Shown: positions 1 through 15,829 of the stretch, one piece after another | Layout: the number at the start of each line of letters is the position of its first letter | How positions within the stretch are numbered: the stretch's first letter is position 1 | Source: the human T2T-CHM13v2.0 reference genome, Homo sapiens | Reading direction: 5' to 3' (one strand) | DNA length: 64,000 nt | NCBI RefSeq assembly: GCF_009914755.1 | Contig: NC_060938.1 | Program-made: the position numbers and the translations under genes | Notes under the pieces: generated by a model | The model's input: the letters and a program-made list of their open reading frames with translations, nothing else | The model's database searches: none | What the model was told of the DNA's origin: nothing

Positions 1-194
1 TATAGAATCTTCCTGCAATAAAGAGGTTTAGATTGAGGCAGACTTTCTCCAGAAGAAGCATCTGTAGTCATATTTAAGACATTCAAATAAATTGCTCAAG
101 AACAGCCTTGTTTATTCAGCGCCTATCATGTAACTTGAGCAGAAATGGGCAGGAAATATGTGCCTTCTGAGTGTGAGCTATAGACCCACGGACA

Positions 195-730
195 TATTAA
201 TTTATTCAGCATACCATTTTTGAGCACCTAACAATGTGATAGACACTCTCCTGCTTCTGGGGATACAGCAGGAGGTAAACACAGAAAACCCGCCTGCCCT
301 CATAGAGCTTATTTTCTAGTTGAGGAGATGAACATAAATCAAACGATCCACAGATGAATGTAAAATTATATTTATAACTCAAAGGCAAGGTTCACCATGC
401 TATGAAGCTTATCACAGGGCTTAGAACTTGGCCTCTGAAGGGTAACAGTTCAGCTGAGATCTGATGGCTGAGCATGTGTATTAAGAGGGAAGAGGAGGAG
501 GGAAGAGATTTCCAGGCTGAGGGAACAGCATATGCAAAGGCAAAGAGGAAGCATGGAATATTGGAAGACCTCAGAGAAGCCCATTGTGTCTGGAACTGGA
601 CTCAGAGTGACAGGGACAGTGGTCAAGATATAGACTGGAGAGGTGGGCAGGGGAGTTCTGGCTACAAGGGTCATTATGTGGGCAGATACAATGGCTGACA
701 AAATCAGGACATAAGGTTTCACTCAGTCCA
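195..730 (-). mobile_element. L2 LINE 3' fragment
   Basis: Resembles the reverse complement of the L2 3' end (ttattcagc...tgagcacctaacaatgtg...ggggatacagca...ctgccctcatagagcttattttctagt). Boundaries approximate. Confidence 0.8.
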
Positions 731-1464
731 AGGTTTTGTTTTGATTTTAATGCTCCTAGAAGAATCTTATCATTGCATGTTTCTAACTGGAAAAACCCCT
801 TAAATATGTAATAATTAACTCAAATTCTCAGCTGGGTAAGAAGCACATTAAGTCACCCTGTGTAGGTCAATGAAAGGTGCCCAGGTGGGTCTTAGGTGTC
901 CATACCCGGCACTGCAAAGACTGGCTCCAAGATGGGATGCAAAGACCAGAATGGGAATCACTGACAGCAGCTCTTGCCTCACTGTTGTGCTTTTCCAAGG
1001 ATTTCACATGCATGAGCACATTGGACTGCTGCAAGACATCTGTGAAATGGGAAGAATGTAGTAGTTGTGGGGAGATGGCCAATGACTTGCCCCAGCACCC
1101 ACAGTGACAAAGGGAAACCTTGAACTCATATTCACTGTTTCTAGATAACAATGGTTTTCCCCACAGACCACAACTGAGTCACCTACATTCTTTATTTCTC
1201 TCTCTCTCTCTCTGACCTCCTTAAAATAATAGAACTTAGAATGATCAAACTCAAAGGGGACTTTAAACACCTCTCAACTTATTTAATTCCCTCCTTTGCA
1301 AATTGTAACAAGTTTAAATATTTTGAGAAGCAATAGTATTTCCCCCAAATAAAGACTAAAACTGACTTCTCTCTTTCCACTAAAGAAAGAGAGAAGTCAT
1401 TATTCTGGTCCTTTCTAGTGACTCATTTTTGGCTCTTGGAACATGTGCTGTCATGGAAAGACTC

Positions 1465-1545
1465 TTCCTATAATTCACTGTGACCTTAGAAGGCAGATCA
1501 CTTTACCTCAGTTACCCTCTGTTTTCTCACTGTAAAATAAAAATG
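1465..1545 (+). mobile_element. MIR core fragment
   Basis: ctgtgaccttag...ctctgttttctcactgtaaaat, MIR core-like. Confidence 0.6.
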
Positions 1546-1592
1546 TAAAATAACTACAACCAATGATGACAAATTCATCTTACATCGTAACC

Positions 1593-1595
<3 letters not shown>

Positions 1596-1639
<44 letters not shown>
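1596..1639 (+). repeat. (CA)22 microsatellite
   Basis: Pure CA run read directly. Confidence 0.97.
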
Positions 1640-1641
<2 letters not shown>

Positions 1642-2169
1642 GTGAGAGAGTATTGAAACAAAAGTTCCAGGAATCTGTACTTATTCTTACTAGTACAATG
1701 TACACTATTTTCATTCTAGTCTGTTCTATTCCATTTCATTCTATTCTTCCAAATAGCTCTTAGATATCCAGTAAATGGATTTTACTACCCACTAAAATGT
1801 GAAGTCCTCAGGTTGACAAGTGCTAGTCTGGATACTCTCTGAGGCACCCTCCAGTCCTGGTTCTCTGACATCCACTGGGGCTGCCCAGAGTCTCCTGGAG
1901 GCCTCTTTCCAGCAAGGCAGGTCCCCTTCTGCAGCCGCAAGAGTGACTTGGAGACACTCTTTATCAGTCCTTGGGCCTCTAGTCCTTGGACCAACTAGTG
2001 CTGTTGGTCTTAGGGCAACTTGCCCCTGCAAGTGTAAACAAAACACTGAACCCAGCCTTCTGATCACAGTTAGCCAAAATTAGGTGGAGAAAGATCCACA
2101 TTCAGAGTCCAACTGCAGAGTTTGAGAGCTTGGCCATTCTCTGCAAGAATCCCACCCAAGACGCCCAGA

Positions 2170-2440
2170 CATCATATACACCCGGACCACACACATAGGC
2201 ACATAGACCACACGTGGTAATCCACGCCTACTCACCACACATGCCACATACAAACACATACACAGCTCCCTCAACATTCACACATACCACACAGTTATCC
2301 ACACGTAAATACCCACACTCACCCATACCATGTGTACATACATACACACAGATACTTTACACACACACACACATATACATGTACACACACACACTCACCA
2401 TACACTACACACATACCACAACACACACGCATACACAACT
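2170..2440 (+). repeat. Degenerate CA/CATA-rich low-complexity tract
   Basis: Interspersed cacac/catac/cacata units over ~270 bp. Confidence 0.85.
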
Positions 2441-2518
2441 CCTGAGAATCCCCACAACTCCTTTGGTGTAAAGCAAGAAATCATATAATTTGAAGATGAA
2501 TGAGTCAGAGGGAAATAA

Positions 2519-2824
<306 letters not shown>

Positions 2825-3899
2825 AGAGGGAAATAATTTACAGTTAATCCATACTATCTCTTCACTGTTCACTCACTAGCACAGAGTTGGAAAGAGGATT
2901 TTCAACAGTTGGAACAATTTGCATAAAACTAAGCTGGCAATGCATTGAAGCACTTTGCTTTAAAAATTGTGCTGTTAAAAACAGTCAAATGTATATTGCT
3001 ACTGTAGTATTTCAATGATAGCTTTTTTCAAGTTAATCAAATTTTCATTTTATGAGTACTATTTTTCGTATTCTTTTTCATTTGCTGATTTGTAATAGCG
3101 TAAGACTGTATGTTTATGCTTATACCTTTATAAACATACACATTTGCTTCATGTTTTGAAACAGGTTTTAATGTGTGCTATAAATGTGTGCTCTTAAAAA
3201 GTACTGTACATATCATTTTACTGAAGCTTTAAAGTTTATGAATTCTGAATATTTAAAACTATAATAACAGTATCAATCCAAGCATTTCAGTATTAAGTAA
3301 AGTAAATCCCCAAATCCTGGTACTATTTGGCCTTGAAAAGTACTATTTCCCACGCTCCCATGATGAAACCTGAAGTTGCTTTCTGTGCCCAGAACAGTGC
3401 TTCCTATCCTGAAAAGCTCTCAGGAAATGTCTGATGAAAGAATGCATGAAAAGAAAGAAAAAGAGGCAGAGAAGAAGGAGGGGGAAGAGAGAAGAAAAAG
3501 ATAAAGGAAGAAAAGGAGGGAATGAGATTGGAGGTGGGTGGATAAAGGGAGTGAGATAGACAGAAAGTCAACTGTAGCCTGCTTCTGACTCAGACGTCTT
3601 TTCTCTGTGGAAAATGGAGGCCAAAGACCATGTCGGATCTTGTTCAAAATATGATTGCTGGAACCCACCTTGTGAAGTGGCAAATTCATGGGACAGTCAC
3701 TGGAAAATTCAGCTTTCCATCTGCAGTAGAGGAAGCAAATCTTACCGAGACATTTGACAGACACAGATGTTTAGTCTTAAACATTATTCCTATGGTCACT
3801 TTGCTATGGTAACAAGAACTTTGTCATGGAAATATTTGCATCGCTCATTTGCAATTGTTTTCTTTTCATCTCTAAGGCTCATTCATGAGTTTTGGAAGG

Positions 3900-5080
3900 A
3901 GAGTTATGGTTTTATTGTTTCTCCTAATGATAAAAATAATACATCCTCATTATTTTTGAATAATGAGAAAATAAAATAAGCATAAGCAGAAAGTAAAGTA
4001 ATAATGCCTATTATTCAAAACATCCAGAGATGATAGTTATTAACATTTGGTTTTCATAAAATATATGTAAATATGATCATACTGTATATTCCATTACATA
4101 ATCTCTTGTTTCACTTAATATATTGAAGACATCTCTGTCCATCTTTTAAAATTATTTCATAGCTTTCTGTTCTCGTTTGACAAATCTTTAGGTTTGCCAA
4201 TGTTTTGTTATGATAAATGATGTGCTAAAGAACATTCTTGTACAGGCATTTTTATGCATTTACCCTGCTATTTCCTTGGGATAAATTCTTAGATGTGAAC
4301 ATTTAAATGTGAGTATATACATTTTAAAATACTATTTAAATTTGCTAAATTGCCCTCCAGAAAGCGTGACTCAATTTACATTCCCTTTAAAGTGTGTGAA
4401 AGTACCTATTATCTCATGCCTTCATCAGCACTAGTTATTATCATTCTTTTAAACGTTTTTCAGTTTTATAAGTTAAAAGGCATTTTCATTTTTATTTTTA
4501 TTGGCATTTTCTTTATACTAGTGAGGTGAAATAGCTTTCATGTTGGCCATTTGCATTTCTCCTTTTTTGTGTAACTCGTCTGACCATGTTTTAACTGTAT
4601 TTTACCTTTTCATAGATTTCCAAGAGTTCTTCATAATTCAAAACTATTAACCTTTTGCCGTCATATATGTTGTGAATTCTTTTTCAGTTTTTCATAACTT
4701 ATGGTATGTGGTTTAGATACATAGAAGTTTTAAGTGGCCAGTATTCAATGTTTTCTTTAATGTTTCTTATTATTAAATAATGCTTAGAAAGGAATTCCTA
4801 ATTCCAAAATGATGTAATTTTTTTACCTATACTTTTTTATTATCTTTTGTTTTCTACATTTTTATTTTTAAGCCATTTGGGATTTATTTGATGTGTGGAG
4901 TGAGGTAGGGAATCTAGATTTTTTCTTAACTTGTCAACAAGTTGTCCCAATAACCTTTGGACCGAATAGTCCACATAGTCTTTCTAATGATTTGAAGTGC
5001 CTTCTTTGCCATACTCTAAATTTTTGCAGATCCTTGAGTTCTTCTGTCACTTGTCTTTTTACTCGCCTGAAGTCCTGTAG
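3900..5080 (-). mobile_element. Old L1M (L1ME-like) fragment
   Basis: T-rich with antisense L1 motifs (gaacattcttgtaca...atttccttgggataaattc...ctaaattgccctccagaaag...ttggccatttg). Confidence 0.75.
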
Positions 5081-5279
5081 CCGTGTATGTTAGTCTTTTA
5101 GAACTATGTATTATTTTGACTATGCGGATTGAAAGTTCTCATTCCAAAGCCTCCTCAAGCTTTTAGAATAATGACTGCCACTTTTTATAGAAAAAGCAAT
5201 GTCAATTTATTTACTTTGGAGATGTGCTAGAGGAGGGAATTCCCCCACCCCCCACCCACCATGTCCTTGAGTTTCAGAT

Positions 5280-5420
5280 GTGGATAGACCTAAACATTTT
5301 CTATTTTAATCTCCTAATTTCACAGATGAGTTCCAAAAGCATAAATTGACTTGTTCAATGTTAACATAGCTAGCAGAGCTGAGACTAAGGCAAGACTAGA
5401 CCCAAAACTAATTAATAGAA
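5280..5420 (-). mobile_element. MIR fragment
   Basis: aatttcacagatgag...aaattgacttgttcaatgttaacatagctag. Confidence 0.6.
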
Positions 5421-7084
5421 AACTGAGACTAGAACAAAGGTGTATAGCCCTAAAACCATGCTGGAGGAAGATGGTCACAGTGAGAGTTTGTCAAAGATGG
5501 CAAACACAGGATTAATAAAAGTTTGGTCCTCTCTGTTCTAGATCTCCAGCATCTGACTTCTTTAAGGGAAAATGAGCAGTTTCTGGAGCACCAGCTTAAG
5601 AGAGAAGTTAAATGTACAGGAGCCCTTTGATGTTAACTGACTGAATCCTCAGAAAACTCATAAAAAGGAAAGAGCACAGGCACACTAAATAGCACACAAG
5701 TGCACATGTGCTTCAGTAGTAGTAGCTTACCCAGCATTGGGCTTTCAAAGAGAAGTTTCAGGCATTTCTCAGTAGTGCCACTGTCACCCTGGTTGGCTCT
5801 GTTAAGGTCATTTAGGTCAGACATCAGCAAGCACAGACAGCTGAGAGGCAGGAAATGTATGGCTCTGTGAGCAAAGCAAAGGAGAAAAGCTTTTTATAGC
5901 CAAGGCATGGGAGGAAGCACTGATAATCGGAGAAGGGTTGTGTGTTTTCTTTTCTCTATTGGGAAAACTCTCCAGCTATGTTCTTTAAAAGCTAACCAGG
6001 CTCTCTCTTATCTTTCCCACCTCATGAAAAGTCATTCGCTAGCAAACAACCTTCCATCTAAGGGCACTGAGGTTTTAAAAATATGTGTAGTTTCCTAAAG
6101 ATATTTTATAGTTTAATTCATTTTTATTAGAAAATATCGTCACATGGTTTAAAATTCAGATGTACAAAAGGATATACGATAAGGAAACTTCCTTCCATCC
6201 ATAGCCCTCAGAGACCAAGTTTCCTATCCTGGGGAAAACCAAGTTCTAGATTCTTATTAACCCATCCAGAGTAATTTAGACATATTAAAATATATAAGTA
6301 CATACAGATATTCTTTTGTGAAAATTTTTACAGAAGGGGTAGCATACTACACACACTGTTCTGCACCTTGATATTTTTACTTAGCATCTGAAGAATGTCC
6401 TGTATCCGTACATTAAGAACTACCTTATTCTTTGTTATGACTACACTACACTCGATTGCATGAATAAAGCATACCTTATTTATCCAGTTCCCCTATAGAT
6501 GGACATTCATGTTGTTCCAAATTTTACTACTACAAATTATGCTACAATTAATGTATTATTTTATATATCAGCAAATTTGCATCAAGAATAAAGTCCTAGA
6601 ATGGGAGGTGCTGGGTACAAGGATATGAACATTTGCAATTTTGTCAGAAATTGCTACATTTCCCCTCTTAGAGATTGTACCAAGTTAAAGCCTTCTCAGT
6701 AATGTGGAAAGTACCTATTTCCTCACACCTTTGCTGATACAGTGTGTTGCCAACCTTTTTTTTTTAAAACCTTTGTTACCTTAATGTGTTAGGTAAATAA
6801 TAGTATCTCAGTATAGTTTTAATTTGTATTTCTTATATTATGAGTGAGATTCAGAAGCTATTCATATATTTGAAGGTAATTTGTATTTCTATAAAGCGTT
6901 TGTACTCTTAGTCATTTTTATTTAGCATGTTATTGGTCTTTTTCTTATTGCTTCATAAGGACCCCATATACAAGAGGAAAATTAGTGATTTATCTGTGAC
7001 TTTAGTTGCTCATATTTCCCCAAGTTTGTTTTTTATCTTTTAACTTTACAATTAACATTTTTTAAATTCTCTTTTATTTATTTA

Positions 7085-7380
<296 letters not shown>

Positions 7381-7474
7381 TTATTATTATGGCTTCTGTG
7401 TTTTCAGTCAGGACTTTCTTAGTCTAAGATTATAAAAAATACTATCCTATGGCTTCCTTTTTACTCATTTAGGG

Positions 7475-7826
<352 letters not shown>

Positions 7827-8030
7827 TAAAGTTTTAGGTTTGGATACAATTTTATTTTTTTCCAGATGGCTTACCAGTTATTTCCAACACTTAATAAATA
7901 ATCTTTATTTTCCCTACTAATTTGAAATACTATCTGTATAATGTCTACATATTAAGGTATTCACATATTATAATTTATAATGAAACTTTTTTCCCTTCTA
8001 ACATCTATTTCCAAGAATCTTTACACATCT

Positions 8031-8324
8031 TTCTTTTTTTTTTTTTGAGATGGAATCTCGCTCTGTTGCCCAGGCTGGAGTGCAGTGGCGCAATCTCAGC
8101 TCACTGCAACCTCTGCCTCCCGGGTTCAAGCAGTTCTCTGCCTGAGCCTCCCGAGTAGCTGGGATTACAGGCGCCCGCCACCATGCCTGGCTGATTTTTG
8201 TATTTTTACTAGAGACAGGGTTTCACCATCTTGGCCAGCCTGGGCTTGAAGTCCTGACCTCGTGATCCACCCACCTCGGCCTCCCAAAGTACTGGGATTG
8301 CAGGCTGAGCCACCGCACCCAGCC
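8031..8324 (-). mobile_element. AluS (Sc/Sg-like)
   Basis: gacctcgtgatcc 2-bp deletion form; degenerate TSD tctttacacatctt / tctttaagcatctt. Confidence 0.95.
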
Positions 8325-8989
8325 TCTTTAAGCATCTTATAATGACTATATATAGGTCTCTTACATTCCCTGTAAAATCACATTTTAACAATTTTCTTCC
8401 TTCTCCTTTGCTTGTAAAATGTTATCCCCTGCAGGCCAGTGCCTTCTCTAAACCTCTCTCCCATTCTTAGCGTCAGCATTTCTGCGTTCTCAGAGATTAC
8501 CCCTACTTGTAGAATCACCTGTGCCTCTTCTTTCTCTTTAGGAAGAGATTACAAATTGCTCCCATCCAGATGGGCAAATATAAATGGCTATCAGTGTGAG
8601 ATTAGAGTTTCCAGGCTCTTAGCAGAGGAGCCAGGATTATCCACACAGGGAGGCTGCCAAAGCCTAGCGACTGGAGATTTGCAAGGAAGGATGTGTAGAA
8701 GAAGAGTGATGGACACTGAGTCTCAAGTTACACCAATAACGATCGCATGAAAGAGGAGCTAGAGGAGAAACTAGAGGCAAAGTACTGGAAGAAAGAACGA
8801 GAACGATGAAGAATGCAGAGCCTCTGAAGAGAAACCAGATAATACAGAAAGATCAGGGAGGTTACGGATAAGAACACCACTGGATTTGGTGACGGGGAGA
8901 TCACTGGTGCTTCTTAGAGCAGGTCACTTGACGTATTCCTATCCCTCTACCCTTCCGGTTATAATTACTTCCTCTTCTGGGTAAATGAA

Positions 8990-9850
8990 GTTGCTGTCAG
9001 CAGACCAGCACCCTCAACTAGAATAATTAGAAAAGCCAAATACAATGCAGAAATTACCTATTTGAGGGAAAGTGATAGCTGCTGAGGCAAGGAACACTGG
9101 AAGGGCTAATGCACTGGAGAGAGAAACTTGAGGAGAGTGAGCTGGCTTCTGCAGCCGCTTTTACCAGCGGGGCATTTTGCAGGAGGCTGAGAACCCATTG
9201 CAAAATGCAGTGCAAAGGCTGGCAAAAGACTGCTCGGGATAGAGAAAATAAGAGTTTTAGTGGAAGATTTGAAAGGGCCTCAAACAAGACAGCCTGTTTT
9301 CACCTGAGGACTTTGCTGCACACTGAATTTCTTCAGAGCAGGGATTCTAAAATGCAAATGGAAAACCTGCCTCTAAAAAGCAGAGTGCAGTTTTTCAGCA
9401 TTCTTGTAAGACTAAGATTAGGGTTTACTACTGGCTGGGGGAGGGTTCTTGCAGAATACAATAGGGCCTTTGTTGAAAATCTAGGAGGTCAGAGATGAAC
9501 CTGTGGAGGGCTGAGACTTACGAGAGCTATAATTCAACCTTGACTCAGCAAATCACTAATTGGATTAACATGATCAGCCACCAGTCTGTGTATAGCAGGG
9601 GGAGGGTACTCTCTCTCTGAAAAAAGCTATCATCTGAAGTCTCTACAACTTTGTGTAGATAATGTCTGACCTGCCATTAGAATGTATGAGGTACAACAAA
9701 AGACAGGCTCACATAACTGAAAAACCAAGAGAAAGAAGACAGTAGAAACAAACGGGTGATCCAGATGTTCAAGTTAGTTGACAAGGACCGACAATTGCCT
9801 ACCACTGTATGTTAAAGAGGAAAAGATGAACAACATTGGTGGAAAGATAA
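8990..9850 (+). mobile_element. Old L1M 5'/ORF1-proximal fragment
   Basis: A-rich; aaaaccaagagaaagaagacagtagaaaca...gatccagatgttcaagttagttgacaaggac resembles L1M 5' regions. Confidence 0.55.
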
Positions 9851-10115
9851 AATCAATTGTTACCTCCTCTTGAGGAGCTTTATTTGGTTCTCCCTTTCTA
9901 GAAATCATCTTTTCCTTCTTCATATTATCCTGAAAATGTATCTATACTTCTTATTGCATGTACCACTGCAGAAAGTAGTATCTTGCAGTGGCCAAAAGCA
10001 TGGAGGTTTTAAAGTCACATTGGGTTAAAATTCAAGACCAGCCACCTTTGTGACCTTAGATAAGTTACTTATCTTCTCTGAGCCTCAATTTCCTTGTCTA
10101 TAAAATGGAGTTGTT

Positions 10116-10763
<648 letters not shown>

Positions 10764-11289
10764 GAGTCAATATAGTACTTTCCTCATAAGGTTGTTGTGA
10801 AGAATTCAAATATGTTCATACAACATTCAGTTGATATAAAAATGCATTTTTTCCTCTAGTTTTCCTCATGAACTCCATCTGCTGAGTAGTACAGAAACAA
10901 CCTTAATTTTTGTCCAATCTACTCATTTCATACTGATATAATACTTTTAATATTTCTATAGGGATATAAAATCTCTGGGGGAAAATGTTAAGTCTTCAAG
11001 ATGGCCTTTGCTTCTTTCCTCCAAGATGGTATCTGGGAGTTTGAGGGAAGGTCTATGGGTCAGTGACCCTGTGGCAGCAGAGGAGAGATGGGATCCTTAA
11101 ACCCATCCAGTGTCCTCTGGAGCCTTTCTCATCTCTGCTGTGGAGTAACTGGACAATTCTGCTCCTTGGCCTGGGAGGCAGGGATGTGTACTTGGTCCCA
11201 TTGGTCTGTTTGAGCTCAATGGACAGATGCTGCTAGATTCCAGAGCCCCGGCCACTTGCCCCTAGTCCCATAAACACTCTCCTTTTTCA

Positions 11290-11590
11290 TGGCAGCTTCA
11301 GGCTTCTGCTGGACCATCAACCTTCTCAGCACCTTCCAGGGATGTGAAAGAACTCATACTGCTTCAGGACAGTTACCCTCATCATATACTTCCCTAATAT
11401 CCTGTTGTTGTCCTTTATAACACTTTACTAAATTAGTAACTTTATTTTTTTGTATGAGAACATTAATTTGATATTTTCTGCCATACAGCATTGCAATCTT
11501 AGTGGTACTAGGAATCCTGTCCAGTTTTGTTCATTATTGTGTTCCCAGTGCCTAGATCAATCAATACTGCTAAATAAATAAATGAGAAAC
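11290..11590 (+). mobile_element. L2 3' fragment
   Basis: ttttgttcattattgtgttcccagtgcctag...aataaataaatg. Confidence 0.6.
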
Positions 11591-11689
11591 TCCTAACTTC
11601 AGGGCCCTGATATTTCAGAACACAGATGATCTTGCCTTAAATATTTTCCCATCCATACCAGGAACCTTAGTTTTCTTCCCAACACCATT

Positions 11690-12170
11690 CTGCCTGTGTT
11701 CTTTCCTATCAGAAGATTGATTTTGTTTGGTTGACAAAATGTCCAGCCCAGGGACTTTATAAATCATGAATTTGCCATGAACAAGCAATCCTGTTCCCAA
11801 CACCAACAATAGATCAGAGTAGTTATGCCATGTTGTTCCATCTAATGAGCTAGAAAGAAAAGTTGAGGGGGGTGATTTTGTCCTTGATTTCCATCAAGAA
11901 TATAAGTAGAGCTCTCTTCAGTCTTCTCTGCCCTCAACCCCTCACTTTTAAAATGTGGCAGAATGAAGATGTTATGTTTGGAGCTACAGTAGCCAACTTG
12001 CAACCATAAGGGAAAGACCTGAAGAAATGCCAAAATGATCTCATTGAGCTCCTGTACCAACCCTGGAACTATACCCCAGCTTTCTTGTTATGTGACATCA
12101 TGCATGCCTTTATCATCTATGCTACTATTATTTGAGCTTTATATTGCCAGGAGCCATTTTTTTCTGATAC
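11690..12170 (+). mobile_element. MaLR LTR (old MLT1)
   Basis: ggagctacagtagccaacttgcaaccataaggg...cattgagctcctgtaccaaccctgga...ctgatac. Confidence 0.65.
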
Positions 12171-12539
12171 CCTTTGGAACAAATCCAATTTTGCATGCAT
12201 TTTATGACCTAAAGCTGGGCCACAGATCATTAGTTCTGTTTTTACTTCCATTTAAGTTATAGTCTATGCTCAGACGTAAGCCTCATTAACGTCCCAGGCT
12301 ACACGTCAGATATGGCTTTAGGTGACATCTCTGAAGCACTCCGAACAATGAAGATCTAAATGGTCACACCTAGTGACCAGGCAGTTGCAGATCAAGGGAA
12401 TGGGATGAGGAGGCAGAACTGTAGAGACAGAGTAGTGAGGGCTGAAGCCAGGAAAGCAAAGAGAACCCAAGAGGGTATCAGAACTCAAGGGAAAACAAGA
12501 CTGGGGCGGAGGAAAGGTCCAAGCAAATAGTCATCAATA

Positions 12540-13694
12540 GATAGATCCAGAAAAAGATGGGAAAGGAAAAATTTAAATCTAGGAAATAATCTGACAATAA
12601 TGCACAAGACTTTTTGGAGAAAATTTTAATTCCAATAATAGATATAAGCAAAGACTTGAATAAATGGAGTGATATGCTGATTGTGTGGAACAATTTAACA
12701 TTTTAAGAATATCAGTTCTTCCCAAACTGAAGCTGTAGATCCAATGCAATTCAAGTAAAATGCCCACCCCAAGTTTTTAGGACTTTGAAAAACAATTTTA
12801 AAATTCATATGAAGAATAAATATCCACAGACAGCTAATTTTTTAAGTGTAGGCAAAAAGGAAATTTGCCTTGCTAGATATTAAGGCACATCACAAAGCCA
12901 TGATTAAGAAAAGGGGAAAAAAGTCAAGTTGACCAGGAGAACAGAATACAGAACCCAGAATTAGACCCAGCTATAGAGGAGAACATGTTATATGATAGAG
13001 GGGGCATCACAAATCACTACAGAAGCAATAGATTAAGTAGTACATGGTGATGGGAAAATTGCCTCCATTCAGCCCCACCTCAGACAATTTAAAAAGAAAC
13101 CCCAATGGATTAAATGCCCAAACGTTTAATATAACAGTTTATAGTGATAGGAAATAATATGCGTGAATATCTCTGTGACTTTTGAGTGGAGGCATTTCTA
13201 AAGAAAAACCCGAAAGTACAAACCATAAGGAGGAGAAAAAAATACGGATTTGTCTACAAAACAAAATTAAAGATTTATTCCAACAAATACTACAGACAAA
13301 GTCAACAGGTAAACTGGAAGAAGATGTTACTGACATCCCAAACCAAAGAATGTAGATCTAGGAAATCCTGCGAAACAGTAATAAAAAGGGAAAACAGGCA
13401 AAATATACAAGAGGAAACCTCTTAATGGCCAATAAGTGTATACAAAGATGCTAAACATTACTAGCAATCAGAGAAATACAAATTAAAACATCAATGAGAG
13501 ATCACTTTAGAGAAAGTCGGATAAAATCAAGTATAACAAAGACACTGCTAGAGGGGTGGAAATAAATGCAGCCATCCTGCAGAGCAATCTAGGAGTCCCT
13601 AGAGAAATCAAGGATGCATTCTTGGCCCTGAGTATGTGCCCAAGAAAACACTGATGTGCAGATCATAAGAATACATGTAAAGCTGTCCATCATG

Positions 13695-13734
<40 letters not shown>

Positions 13735-13880
13735 AAACAAGGACTGATGTTTGTTAATAAAGCAATGGTTTAGTTAAACATAAACAAATACAAGATGGGC
13801 CACTATTCAAGCCAGAAGCGGGAAAGGAGATTTACATATAGCAGCGTGGACGGGTCACCAAATCATATTGATGATGGCCG
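12540..13880 (+). mobile_element. Old L1M ORF2/3' fragments
   Basis: aaagacttgaataaatggagtgatat...cagttcttcccaaactga...aatgcaatt...aatcagagaaatacaaattaaaaca; decayed ORF2. Confidence 0.8.
13699..13730 (+). repeat. (GT)16 microsatellite
   Basis: Read directly. Confidence 0.95.
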
Positions 13881-13951
13881 TGGTACGTGAAGTGAGTAAT
13901 TTACTCTATTCTCCTGAGGTCCAAATTAAATAAAATGTAAATACATAGAGC

Positions 13952-14130
13952 CAGTGGTCACAGAACTTCAGTGTCTCTGAAATGTTTATGTGCATGAGAA
14001 TCATCTGAGGTATCTGTTAAAAGAACAAATTTGAGGGTCCCACACACAGAGATTCTGAACCTGCACTTTAAACATGCATCCCAGGTGATTCTCCTGTAAG
14101 TGGACCACAGGCTGCACTTGGAGACACCTT
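13952..14130. mobile_element. hAT-Charlie MITE (MER5-like)
   Basis: cagtggtc...gaatcatctgagg...gttaaaa...cagagattctga...ctgcactttaaaca...cccaggtgattct. Confidence 0.75.
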
Positions 14131-15829
14131 CAACTAGGTAAAATCAAGCTACCAGGAGAGTGATCAGAAGTTAGTAGCAAGGGAAATGGCAGTAGAACAT
14201 CTGCCCAGCACCGGCAGCAAGGAAATGACTCTGAAGCAGCTGGCCCTGTCAGCAGCAGCTGCCTCTCTCCCCTCCCTTTTTTTGTGAGCCAATCTTAGTG
14301 GGCCTGGCCTGAAGGGGTTTGGGTGATGGAAACTGACAACTGCCGTCTGGGGAGCGTGTCTGGAGAGACAGGAAGCCACTGGGGGGCTTTTTCTTCATGA
14401 GGATGCTGCTGTGCGTAGTGCCACCAGGGGTCCTAAGCTTGATGTGACCATCCAGACTCACAGTGGGCTTCTCCAGGTTGGGCTGTGGGTTGGGGGGAGG
14501 TGGGCTATGAAAAGAGTGAGAATGACATATGGGGGACATTGTCAGATGCCAATGTTTGAGTCTGTTCCGATGAGAGAAGCACGGCTGAGCCTTCTCCTGG
14601 CAGATCTGGTGGACTCTGGGTGCAGATGGTCCAGGAGTCGAGCCACAGAACCCCGTCATCCCTCCAGTGTCTTCATTGCTCTTGCCTCCTTTGGTCCCTG
14701 CCTCTGGCCTGTGCTTTAAGAGCTGGACTGTTCTGAGGCATATTGTGTACCATGTGGAGGGGATAGTGACTGCTATGATTGTAGGCAGATGGGATGTGGT
14801 CTTAAGCTTGCCTTTAGGGGTGTCTGATGGCATGCTCAGCCCTGCATCTCCAGCCAGAGACGTCTCCCTCCCTGTGAATGGATTACAGCCACCCCAGTCA
14901 AGAACGGACTCTGGACTCCTACTGTTATTTATCCAGGCACTGTTCCCCAACTGGCCCAGAGAACTAACGGAAGCCTGGATTCACTGTCCCCTTCCTAATG
15001 TGCAGAATGGCCTGGTTTCCTAAGGACAAGGAAGGTTTTTCAGATTTATACAAACAGACCGTGCATATTTGTGGGTATCCAGGTAACAAACCCAGTTTGA
15101 AACTCCTTTTGACAGCATAATTCATAACTCCAGACAGAAATGCTAACGTGAACACAGACACTCCAATGGTGGAAAAGATTAAGAAATGGTCCCAAACATA
15201 GCTCTCTCTAGAAATCATCTGATTCTCTAACACACCTCATTTTGCAAATGTGAGTATTGTCATGTAAAGAGAAAAGAACCAAAGAGAAAAAGAAGACTGG
15301 CAGAGAATCCAGAGACACAAATATTTCAGGCTTATTAATAACCAGTAAAGCTTTCTTTCTTAGGAACTTCTTGAAGTCAGCTGTTTGATGCTGATGGTGT
15401 GTGATGTGTAAGCAAAGGTCTGTGAATCTGAGAATCCCCATGTGCGTCTACAGGACCGTTCTCCCTGCCCCTGTTTTAATGAGATCCAGGGCAGCTGCAG
15501 CTCCCATTGTGCTGAGTGGCCTGGGCAGGCTGACAGAGCTATTCTTCTCTCCTAGTAATGTGTTTGCTTAAGCATGAACATTAGTGTCAGAAGTGCTTAG
15601 TGCAAAGCAACCATTCAGGGGTGAAGCAGTCACTGCCAAGTCTATATGTCTGGGAATTCATTATGTCTATTCGTCTGGGGGTTAGGGTTAGGTAAACCTT
15701 GTATTTTCTAATGAAGTTGAAAAGGTAAAAAACAAAAACACTATTTATAAAATCATCTTTTTGGGGTGAGTCCAGCTGTGAAAACCCCAATGCCTTGTTC
15801 AGGCCATGGCTTCCTGAAAAACCGAACAA

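Noticed and set aside
14249-14950. Longest ORF (233 aa, minus strand) in the repeat-free island
   Set aside because: Starts at TTG rather than ATG, has no recognisable domain and no convincing exon structure. Overlapping ORFs on both strands fit a locally GC-richer, stop-poor region. PhyloCSF or Ribo-seq could revive it.
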